From an uncultured Clostridium sp. (GTDB taxonomy: Bacteria; Bacillota; Clostridia; Christensenellales; CAG-138), in NCBI GenBank assembly GCA_900542285.1, contig UQNF01000001.1, positions 72,663 to 136,662 of the forward strand: a stretch of 64,000 bases of DNA, given 5' to 3'. Positions 56,891-64,000 of this stretch are shown piece by piece. The position numbers were made by a program, and so were the translations under genes. Every line of letters begins with the position of its first letter. The first letter of the stretch is position 1. The notes beneath the pieces are model-generated. The model made no database searches. It was not told where the DNA came from and saw only the letters and a program-made list of their open reading frames with translations.

Positions 56891-57748
56891 TTGTTCGGCT
56901 ACGTTCGTCCCAATATTCCTGAGCTGCGCGTGCGTGATAAAGCGCGCTATGATTCGATATACTGCGGATTATGCCATCGTCTCGGCAAGGATTACGGGAT
57001 TGCCGCGCGTGCGTGTTTGAGCTATGACTGCACCTTTTTGGCACTCATCCTCTTCTCCGTCAGCGAAAATGAGACAAAAGCCGAACCAAGGCATTGTCCG
57101 TTTAAGCCGCTGTCCCGAAAAAAAACCATGGTAGTCGAAGCTTCTCCGGCTATGGACTTTGCGGCTGCGGTCTGCGTGCTGCTTGCCAAGTATAAGCTTG
57201 ATGACGATGCGGCTGATGGCAAGCGGCTGTACAAAGCGGCAGAACTCCCCCTGCACTCCGCAATAAAAAAGGCAGCGCGGCGCTATCCCGCTGTCAATGC
57301 GATAATCAGCTCCAATCTTAGAAAGCTTGCTTCCATTGAGGCAGAGAAGATACCTAATCCGGATATACCCGCAAACGCTTTCGGGCAACTGCTTTCAGAG
57401 CTTATTGACAAAGCTCCCGTCGATGAAAAAGCCAAAACCGTGCTCGCCGAAATTGGCTTCAATGTGGGACGATTCATCTATCTTGCGGACGCATGGGACG
57501 ATAGAGCAACGGACGCAAAGCATGGGCTGTACAATCCCTTTGTGCTCTCCGAAAGTAAGGAGTCGGATGCGGAGTTTCTGATGAATATCTCCATAAATAA
57601 CGCCATCGATGCATTGGATCTCCTTGAGATCAGGCACGACGGCGAACTCGTTTACAATATCATAACCGATGGACTGTTTGGAGCGATGGATATGATTAAG
57701 TCCAAACGCACACCCAAACGAAAGGAAAAAATGCATGGATCCGTATAA
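56891..57748 (+). CDS. DUF5685-like protein (conserved Cys-containing, function unknown)
   Basis: TTG start after GACGGAGG. The N-terminus MFGYVRPNIPELRVRDKARYDSIYCGLCHRLGKDYG is as I recall for the DUF5685 family. 285 aa. Confidence 0.65.
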   Translation: MFGYVRPNIPELRVRDKARYDSIYCGLCHRLGKDYGIAARACLSYDCTFLALILFSVSENETKAEPRHCPFKPLSRKKTMVVEASPAMDFAAAVCVLLAKYKLDDDAADGKRLYKAAELPLHSAIKKAARRYPAVNAIISSNLRKLASIEAEKIPNPDIPANAFGQLLSELIDKAPVDEKAKTVLAEIGFNVGRFIYLADAWDDRATDAKHGLYNPFVLSESKESDAEFLMNISINNAIDALDLLEIRHDGELVYNIITDGLFGAMDMIKSKRTPKRKEKMHGSV

Positions 57749-58436
57749 AGTTCTTGGCGTAAGTGAAACCGCCTCCGATGAGGAGGTTCGTTCCGCGTAC
57801 CTGAAGCTTGTAAAGCAATATCACCCGGATAAATATGTTAACAACCCGCTTGCCGACCTTGCGACCGAGAAGCTCAAGGAGATAAACGAAGCATATGATA
57901 CCATAACCGCCCAGCGTGCAGGCAGGAAGTCTGGAAGCGGCTCCGGAAGCAGCTATGGGAACAGTTCCAGAAGAAATTCGGGCTATGGTTCGTCATCATA
58001 TTCCGGCTATGGCTCATCATCGTATTCCGGCGGCGGTCAGTCCGGGTACGGGAACAGTACTTATTCCGGCCAGTATGCTTCCGAGTTCAGCAAAGTCAGG
58101 AGCTATTTGAACGCGAACGATCTGAAGTCGGCTTCGCGCCTGCTTGACAGCATTTCCGCACACAACGCCGAATGGAACTACCTTTATGGGCTTGTTTACT
58201 TCCGCAGTAATAATTTTTCATATGCGCGCACCTGCTTTGAAGCTGCCGTCAGCATGGATCCGAACAACGCCGAATACCGTCAGGCGTATGAGACCCTTGT
58301 GAACCGCAGCAATCGCTCATATCGTTCCGAACAAAGCACACGAAGCTCGTCCGACGGCTGCGATACCGCCTGCAATATCTGCTCCACGCTCTGGTGCATG
58401 AACGCCTGCTGCAACTGCTCCGGCGGCGGCTGCTAA
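57735..58436 (+). CDS. J-domain protein with Gly/Ser/Tyr linker, TPR-like region and a Cys-rich C-terminal tail
   Basis: DPYKVLGVSETASDEEVRSAYLKLVKQYHPDKY (HPD motif), then SGSGSGSSYGNSS...GYGSSSYSG repeats, then a tail CDTACNICSTLWCMNACCNCSGGGC. Overlaps the upstream gene by 14 nt. Confidence 0.85.
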   Translation: MDPYKVLGVSETASDEEVRSAYLKLVKQYHPDKYVNNPLADLATEKLKEINEAYDTITAQRAGRKSGSGSGSSYGNSSRRNSGYGSSSYSGYGSSSYSGGGQSGYGNSTYSGQYASEFSKVRSYLNANDLKSASRLLDSISAHNAEWNYLYGLVYFRSNNFSYARTCFEAAVSMDPNNAEYRQAYETLVNRSNRSYRSEQSTRSSSDGCDTACNICSTLWCMNACCNCSGGGC

Positions 58437-58450
58437 TCCGGAGGCGTCCA

Positions 58451-59002
58451 ATGAGAAGCGTTTCTCCGGCTGTAAAGCTTGCGCTCGCCGCAATGAGCAC
58501 TGCGCTGAGCGTATTGTGTATGTATGTTGCTTCATTGACGAACATTTCGCGCGTCGCGATGCTGTTCCTTGCTTCGCTCATGGTTTGGATACCGCTCAGG
58601 GAAAAGGGCGGAGTGCTCTACGGCTTCCTATGCTACATTGCCACGGCAGCGCTGTCGTTTCTTCTTATTCCAAACAAGCTGTATTGCTGCTGCTATCTGA
58701 TGCTGTTCGGGCTCTTCGGCTTTATTCAGCTTGCGTTCGATTCGCTGACCCGAAATCGTGTGCTTTCCTTTATATTAAAGCTTCTGTGCTGCAGCCTCCT
58801 TTGTATGCTCATGCTATGGGCAGGAAGTCAGTTATTTGACCTTGATATCACCCTGATGGAGAAGATGTCCGAGTTTGGCATCCCACTTTGGGCGTTTATA
58901 CTCATCGTTGAGGCCGCACTCTCACTGGCCATACTTCTATACGGCTTCTGTACGCGTGTATTCGATAATAATCTAAGAAAAAAGCTTGTAAAGCGAGATT
59001 GA
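58451..59002 (+). CDS. Hypothetical polytopic membrane protein
   Basis: The ATG at 58451 lies 15 nt after the J-protein stop. 183 aa with about 5-6 hydrophobic helices and no motif I recognise. Confidence 0.55.
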   Translation: MRSVSPAVKLALAAMSTALSVLCMYVASLTNISRVAMLFLASLMVWIPLREKGGVLYGFLCYIATAALSFLLIPNKLYCCCYLMLFGLFGFIQLAFDSLTRNRVLSFILKLLCCSLLCMLMLWAGSQLFDLDITLMEKMSEFGIPLWAFILIVEAALSLAILLYGFCTRVFDNNLRKKLVKRD

Positions 59003-59015
59003 CCTGTTATGTCTT

Positions 59016-59046
59016 CAGGGGTTTGTCATACAGCCCCTGTTTTTTA
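59016..59046 (+). terminator. Rho-independent terminator of the J-domain operon
   Basis: CAGGGG-(12 nt)-CCCCTG followed by TTTTTTA. Confidence 0.6.
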
Positions 59047-59048
59047 TG

Positions 59049-59708
59049 CTAAGGTTCAAACGGTTTCAATATAACAACGCTGCCGGAAATGAGCGTATCA
59101 GATGTGACGGTCAGCTCATCACCTGCGATCCACTTAATGCTCCATTTTCCATTCCTCTGCTTCATTCCCTCAGCAAAAGGCTCCAACGGACACAGTTCAA
59201 AGCTCAGTTTCGGGTTTTTATAGTGCATCGGAATCACCATTTCAGGCTCAAGCATATCAACAAGCTCCCTTGCCTGAAGATCGTCGATCGTGTAGATTGC
59301 ACCTATCGGCACGAGCAGAATATCTATCCTTCCAAGGCTTTTAATCACCTCTATTGGTGGAATCTCCCCAAGATCTCCGCAATGAAGAATACGCATTCCG
59401 TCCATTTCATAGACGAACATTATGTTCTCGCCGCGAACTGCGCCCTTGAAGGGATCGTGAAAGGTCTTGACGCCCTCTATCCCAACGCCTCCAATATCAA
59501 ACTTCTCCGCCGTTCTTATCAGACAGGTGCTGCCCGAAACGGCGTTTATGTAATTGTGGTCGCTGTGATCATGGCTTACCGTGACGGCGTTCGCACTGAT
59601 TTTCGGAAGTTCATGCATCGTTTGCGGCGAAAAAGGATCCGTCAGAATGCTCACGCCGTTTGAATCGGTCAGCAGAAAGCAGGAATGACCGTACCATTTA
59701 ATTTTCAT
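59049..59708 (-). CDS. MBL-fold metallo-hydrolase (UPF0173-like)
   Basis: MKIKWYGHSCFLLTD..., the metal motif VSHDHSDHN, and ...ILHCGDLG. Confidence 0.85.
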   Translation of the reverse strand: MKIKWYGHSCFLLTDSNGVSILTDPFSPQTMHELPKISANAVTVSHDHSDHNYINAVSGSTCLIRTAEKFDIGGVGIEGVKTFHDPFKGAVRGENIMFVYEMDGMRILHCGDLGEIPPIEVIKSLGRIDILLVPIGAIYTIDDLQARELVDMLEPEMVIPMHYKNPKLSFELCPLEPFAEGMKQRNGKWSIKWIAGDELTVTSDTLISGSVVILKPFEP

Positions 59709-59747
59709 TTATATTTCCTCCCCCAAAAAGTTTCATAAGTATAAATA

Positions 59748-60392
59748 TCAATAGCAATTCAAAAATGCAGCCAGAAAGCCTGCAATATCCGGTTCAATAC
59801 CCTTTCCCTCAGAAAAAGCAGCAAGCAAGACTCTGCATACCGCAGAAACCAGCCGTTTTCTCCGCTCCGGGTCTATTTCATCGATTGCCGCAAGTGCCAA
59901 AATAGCCGCAGAATGCTGAAATCTTGTTACATCTGCATATCTGTTCGCTTTTCTGTAACAAATGAGCCTGGCGTGAACGTATTCCCGACTGTCGGGCAGG
60001 GAAATATTATTGCAAACCCTCCCTATTGGAAAATGATTCTGAAATTCTTTTGCAGCATCAAGAATGAATTCATCGCTGACGAGAAAATTCGCATAGCCGT
60101 TATCAAAATAGAATCCTTGGAATATGGTGTCTCCGTCATTCCCGAAGTCAAAAACTGCGTCGGTCTTTTCTGCCGTGCTTATTTCCGCTGCAGATCGTAC
60201 CGGATAATCCGATGTCATGCGGCAGCATAGATCCGTCGGCCTGCATGCTCTGTCATTTTTTGCGGTCAAACGCTTTACAGGAAGCATCACATTCTCTATC
60301 CGAATGCCGCATCCAAGCTTATTATTTAGAAAATCACATGCTGCAAGCCTTGCTTTATTATAATAACCGGTAAGAAAGGTATTTTCCACCAA
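59748..60392 (-). CDS. Hypothetical protein
   Basis: 214-aa ORF with a TTG/GTG start and no obvious RBS. No recognisable motif. Its coding status is plausible mainly because it abuts the MBL gene. Confidence 0.4.
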   Translation of the reverse strand: MVENTFLTGYYNKARLAACDFLNNKLGCGIRIENVMLPVKRLTAKNDRACRPTDLCCRMTSDYPVRSAAEISTAEKTDAVFDFGNDGDTIFQGFYFDNGYANFLVSDEFILDAAKEFQNHFPIGRVCNNISLPDSREYVHARLICYRKANRYADVTRFQHSAAILALAAIDEIDPERRKRLVSAVCRVLLAAFSEGKGIEPDIAGFLAAFLNCY

Positions 60393-60651
60393 ACAGCTCC
60401 AATCAGGGTTGCTGAATTCAGAATAATATGTGTGAAAAGCGGCATCCCCACAGTGTCATTTTATATTGTACATTATTTTTCATGAAACATCAATAGTTTT
60501 TTCATCAATTTTAATGCTTTTCCCATATTTGTTAATCAGAATTAATATTTCTGCCACAATTCGCCCATTCTAAATATATCGCGAGTGTCGGCCACGCACT
60601 AACGATGGTATACATTTTATCAAATATATTTCTATGCCTGTCATGGAATAA

Positions 60652-60680
60652 TTGACCGAAAAGCCTGTCGGCGTTATAAT
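60652..60680 (+). promoter_or_regulatory. Consensus-like promoter of the ABC transporter operon
   Basis: TTGACC (60652-60657), 17 nt, TATAAT (60675-60680). Confidence 0.55.
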
Positions 60681-60753
60681 ATGGTGATGTTTCGAAGCTG
60701 GCAACAGCCTATCTATCCGGCATCAAATAATTATTACCAATGAGGATTGTATC

Positions 60754-61698
60754 ATGAAAAAACTGATTTCCCTTGCTCTTGCTCTTTGCCTCATCTCTGC
60801 GCTGTTTTTGGGCTGCTCCAAGACCGACTCCACGACGATCCGCATAGCGGCTCTCAAGGGCCCCACCGGCATGGGCATCGTTAAGCTCATGGGCGAAGAA
60901 TACAAAAATTACAATATAACCATCGAATCTGCTCCCGATGCCGTGAGCGGCAAGTTCATTAACGGTGAACTTGATGTTGCGGCAGTTCCAGTCAACCTCG
61001 CTTCCGTGCTGTACAACAAACTTGAAAAGGATGTTGTTGTTCTTGCAGTTACCACCCTTGGCGTGCTCTACATACTCGAAAACGGCAATGAGATCCAGTC
61101 CGTCAACGACCTTGCAGGCATGACCATCGGCGCAACCGGTCAGGCCTCCACTCCCGAATACATTTTGAACTATATCCTCGACAAGAACGGACTCACCGGC
61201 AAGGTGGAGGTGGAATATCAGGCCGAACATGCCGCTCTGGGTACTCTAATGGCAGACGGTCAGGTCAGCATCGGTATGCTCCCCGAACCCAACGTAACTG
61301 CAACGCTTGCAAAGAACGACAGCCTCCGCATTGCGCTCGACCTCACAGAAGAATGGGGCAAGGTTTGCGACACAGAACTTGTTCAGGGCGTTCTCATCGC
61401 AAGGAAGAGCTTTGTTGACGAACATAAGTCCGCGATCGAGCAGCTCCTCAATGATTATAAAGCAAGCAGCGAATTCGTTGTAAACAATATTGACGAAGCA
61501 GCAAAGCTCATTGTTGATGCAGGCATACTCCCTGCAGAGCCGATCGCAAAAAAGGCTATTCCCAACTGCAATATTGTCTTCACCACCGGAGCCGCAATGA
61601 AGTCCGCAGTTTCCAACATGCTGGATGTTCTCTTCACCGCTAACCCCAAGAGCATTGGCGGAGAGCAGCCGCAGGATGATTTCTACTACGGTGCATAA
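60754..61698 (+). CDS. ABC transporter substrate-binding lipoprotein (NMT1/SsuA/TauA-like)
   Basis: Lipobox FLGC, followed by IRIAALKGPTGMGIVKL. Forms an operon with a TauC/SsuC-type permease and an ATPase. Confidence 0.75.
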   Translation: MKKLISLALALCLISALFLGCSKTDSTTIRIAALKGPTGMGIVKLMGEEYKNYNITIESAPDAVSGKFINGELDVAAVPVNLASVLYNKLEKDVVVLAVTTLGVLYILENGNEIQSVNDLAGMTIGATGQASTPEYILNYILDKNGLTGKVEVEYQAEHAALGTLMADGQVSIGMLPEPNVTATLAKNDSLRIALDLTEEWGKVCDTELVQGVLIARKSFVDEHKSAIEQLLNDYKASSEFVVNNIDEAAKLIVDAGILPAEPIAKKAIPNCNIVFTTGAAMKSAVSNMLDVLFTANPKSIGGEQPQDDFYYGA

Positions 61699-62485
61699 AG
61701 CAGATAAGAAAAGTAAGCTCCTTCGCTCGCTTATCTTCTTTGCGGCATGGATGTTTATTTGGCAGCTCGCTTCAATGCTCATCGGAAGCGAGCTGTTATT
61801 ACCCGGGCCTTTTTTAGTGATAAAGGCCCTTTTTGAACTTGTAAAAACTTCAAAATTCTGGCTCAGCATCGGCTGTACATTGCTGAGAGTCGTCGTAGGA
61901 TTCATCCTTGGTATGCTTGGCGGCATCGTCCTCGGCATAGCGTCCGCAAAGTTCGCATTTGTCTCCGACTTTCTGTCCCCCCTTCGCAGCCTCATCAAGG
62001 CAACTCCCGTGACCTCGTTCATAATCCTTGTGCTCCTCTATATGTCCGCAAGCATTGCCCCGATGTTTATTGCTTTCCTCATGGTGCTCCCCATTTCTTG
62101 GACCAACGTTCAGGACGGTATCGCGGCTGCGCCGCGCGAGCTCATTGAGGCGGCAAGGGTTTTGAGATTCTCACGCATCAAGACCATCCGCACCGTCTAT
62201 ATCCCATCCGTCAGGCCGAATCTCATCTCGGCTGCAACCACCGGCCTTGGCTTCGCATGGAAATCCTGCGTTGCGGCAGAGGTCATATCATACAGCCGTC
62301 TCAGCATAGGAAGGGCAATCTACGAAAGCAAGCTCTATCTTGAAGTTGCGGAGCTGTTCGCATGGACGGCAGCCATAGTGCTGTTAAGCATTGGTCTTGA
62401 GAAGCTTCTCCTTCTCTTTTTCCGAAAAAACGCTGCCAAGCGGCGTTATCCATCAGAAAGGAGTGCGAATGATGATAGAGCTTAA
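61676..62485 (+). CDS. ABC transporter permease (NitT/TauT family)
   Basis: 6 TM helices and an EAA-like loop (ELIEAARVLRFSRIKTIRTVYIPSVRP). The start is ambiguous: ATG at 61676 or GTG at 61691. Confidence 0.8.
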   Translation: MISTTVHKADKKSKLLRSLIFFAAWMFIWQLASMLIGSELLLPGPFLVIKALFELVKTSKFWLSIGCTLLRVVVGFILGMLGGIVLGIASAKFAFVSDFLSPLRSLIKATPVTSFIILVLLYMSASIAPMFIAFLMVLPISWTNVQDGIAAAPRELIEAARVLRFSRIKTIRTVYIPSVRPNLISAATTGLGFAWKSCVAAEVISYSRLSIGRAIYESKLYLEVAELFAWTAAIVLLSIGLEKLLLLFFRKNAAKRRYPSERSANDDRA

Positions 62486-63041
62486 AAGCGTTTCCTTCTC
62501 ATATGAAGCCGGAAAGCCGGTGCTCAACGATCTTTCTCTGACTATCGGCGATAACGATCGCCTCGCAGTAATGGGTGAAAGCGGCATCGGTAAAACTACG
62601 CTCTTCAGGCTGCTCCTTGGTCTTGAAAAGCCGACAGGCGGTGAGATCCTTGGACTTGAGAATAAAAAGCTATCGGTCGTATGGCAGGAAAACCGACTCT
62701 TTCCCTGGTATGATGCGCTGAAAAATATAACTGTTGCCACCGAAAAAAGCGACGAAGCGAAGGCAGAAGCATTGCTTATTCGGCTTGGACTTGGGGAACA
62801 TCTGCATAAGTTCCCTTCCGAGCTGTCGGGAGGTCAGCAGCGAAGGCTTGCTATCGCACGAGCATTGTACTACGGAGGCGATTTGCTTCTGCTCGATGAG
62901 CCCTTCACCGGACTTGATACGGAGCTGAAGAAAAGAGCCGCTGCTATCATTTGCGAAAGCTTCCCGTCCATTCTTCTTATAACTCACGATGAAGCGGATG
63001 CCGCTCTATTGGACTGCAGTCGAGTGATATCGCTGAATTGA
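62469..63041 (+). CDS. ABC transporter ATP-binding protein
   Basis: The ATG at 62469 follows AAAGGAG. Walker A GESGIGKTT, signature LSGGQQRRLAIARAL and Walker B LLLLDEP. Confidence 0.88.
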   Translation: MMIELKSVSFSYEAGKPVLNDLSLTIGDNDRLAVMGESGIGKTTLFRLLLGLEKPTGGEILGLENKKLSVVWQENRLFPWYDALKNITVATEKSDEAKAEALLIRLGLGEHLHKFPSELSGGQQRRLAIARALYYGGDLLLLDEPFTGLDTELKKRAAAIICESFPSILLITHDEADAALLDCSRVISLN

Positions 63042-63067
63042 TGAACAATAATAACCGCAATTCAAAA

Positions 63068-63105
63068 GGGTTTTCCGCATAACGCAGAAAACCCGTTAAT
63101 TTTTG
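63068..63105. terminator. Convergent terminator between the ABC ATPase and the yegP-like gene
   Basis: GGGTTTTC-(11 nt)-GAAAACCC followed by GTTAATTTTT. Confidence 0.65.
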
Positions 63106-63115
63106 AGCTGTTGAG

Positions 63116-63499
63116 TTACTCCTCTGTGGGTTCTTCCTTGACCACCGGGGACTCCGGAGCATTGCGGCGGATGCTGTCGATTCCATTGAGACAGGAGGCC
63201 TTTGCCTTGTATCCCTCGCCGGTTGCGATAATCTCGCCATTACGCGCCTTAAGACGGAAGCGGTATTCGCCCCTCTTATCCAGATAAACCTCAAACTTGG
63301 GGTTGGTGACTGTCTCAAAATTCTCCACGGTCTGATCCTCAAGCTTTGCAAGCTCCGCATTTTTGCGAACGCTCTCAATGCCGTTCATGCATGCATCCTC
63401 GCCGGAATATGTCTGGCTGGTTGCGATGATCTCACCATTGCCTGCTTTAAGGTTGAATACAAATCCGTTCTTCGTCTGCTTAACAACAAATTTGCCCAT
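63116..63499 (-). CDS. YegP-family protein (tandem DUF1508)
   Basis: Two repeats of the ...F.LKA.NGEIIATS..Y......NGI.S(V/I)(R/K)KNA pattern: KNGFVFNLKAGNGEIIATSQTY...NGIESVRKNA and YRFRLKARNGEIIATGEGY...NGIDSIRRNA. Confidence 0.85.
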   Translation of the reverse strand: MGKFVVKQTKNGFVFNLKAGNGEIIATSQTYSGEDACMNGIESVRKNAELAKLEDQTVENFETVTNPKFEVYLDKRGEYRFRLKARNGEIIATGEGYKAKASCLNGIDSIRRNAPESPVVKEEPTEE

Positions 63500-63666
63500 A
63501 TTAGTCTCCTCTTCGGTTTATTTGCCAAATCACGCCCTTGCGTCCGGCTGACAGTATCTTACCGCATTGCGCTGCGGTTGTAAAGCAGTTTTTTATTTTA
63601 AACAATACAATTATCTCGCAATTATGCTTATTCCCATGGTTTATTTGGACATGAGCCCCCATACGG

Positions 63667-64000
63667 CTACTCGGTCAGTTCGCCAACCAGGTTTTTCTCA
63701 ATAAGCGTTCTGACCTCATCCATATCGTTCGTATGCCCAAGCACCCACATCAGTTTTGTAATGGCTGCCTCTGTAGTCATATCCCTGGCGGAAATAATGC
63801 CCATCTCCTTCAGCGGACGGCTGACCTCGTAGATATCGGGCGTACTCTGCTCATAAAGGCACTGGCTCGTGAGCACGACCGGAATGTTGCTGTTCATCAG
63901 CCCACGGATGGATTCAAGGTGATTTCGCCTTATCGAATGCATACCGCCAAGACCGAAAGCTTCTACAACAACACCCTTTATGTCGCAGTCCTTCAGCGAA
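63667..64000 (-). CDS. L-asparaginase, type I-like (N-terminus outside the window)
   Basis: The frame is open to the window edge: ...LKDCDIKGVVVEAFGLGGMHSIRRNHLESIRGLMNSNIPVVLTSQCLYE...DMTTEAAITKLMWVL, an asparaginase/glutaminase C-terminal domain pattern. Confidence 0.75.
   Translation of the reverse strand, partial: SLKDCDIKGVVVEAFGLGGMHSIRRNHLESIRGLMNSNIPVVLTSQCLYEQSTPDIYEVSRPLKEMGIISARDMTTEAAITKLMWVLGHTNDMDEVRTLIEKNLVGELTE

Noticed and set aside
60687-60753. An expected TPP (THI-box) riboswitch upstream of the NMT1/THI5-like ABC binding protein.
   Set aside because: No CTGAGA or ACCTGATCTGGATAATGCCAGC-like elements are present in the leader.

Overview
This is a chromosomal segment from a Firmicutes/Clostridia-type genome. 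Dockerin-tagged proteins, yabP/yabQ and a sigH neighbourhood suggest a cellulosome-related, endospore-lineage Oscillospiraceae/Ruminococcaceae-like organism; that placement is inference only. I saw no rRNA, tRNA, CRISPR array, transposase or integrase. Gene order, left to right: (1) the end of the dcw cluster (murD, ftsW, ftsQ, ftsA, ftsZ); (2) an alpha/beta hydrolase, then on the minus strand a 56-aa ferredoxin missed by the ORF track, HU, a MazG/YabN fusion and an SDR; (3) a complete F1Fo ATP synthase operon (atpI-like, B, E, F, H, A, G, D, C), whose c subunit carries a Na+-type ion-binding signature and whose epsilon subunit is truncated; (4) directly downstream, an A+T-richer 10-kb surface-polysaccharide locus (4 glycosyltransferases, 2 acetyltransferases, a pyruvyl transferase, Wzx, an FrhB-like Fe-S protein, WecB); (5) a QueG-like gene and yabP-yabQ; (6) a secreted-protein/envelope island: an ArsR-type regulator, a 1868-aa dockerin-bearing S8 protease, a lipoprotein L,D-transpeptidase, a MoxR-DUF58-DUF4129 operon, and a second dockerin protein with a putative clan-CD cysteine peptidase domain that shares a Big_2 + unknown beta-sandwich + dockerin cassette with the S8 protease; (7) a small alarmone synthetase, orphan lipoproteins, a decayed C-N hydrolase and a GNAT; (8) mrnC-rlmB-sigH, with a ~200-aa Arg/Asp/Tyr repeat extension on RlmB; (9) a nucleoside-salvage block (BMP-family ABC transporter, tdk, NDT/LOG-like protein); (10) a DUF5685 / J-domain Cys-string / membrane-protein operon; and (11) an MBL hydrolase, an NitT/TauT-type ABC transporter, a YegP-like gene and a partial asparaginase. 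All calls come from reading the translations and sequence by eye. No database search was run.
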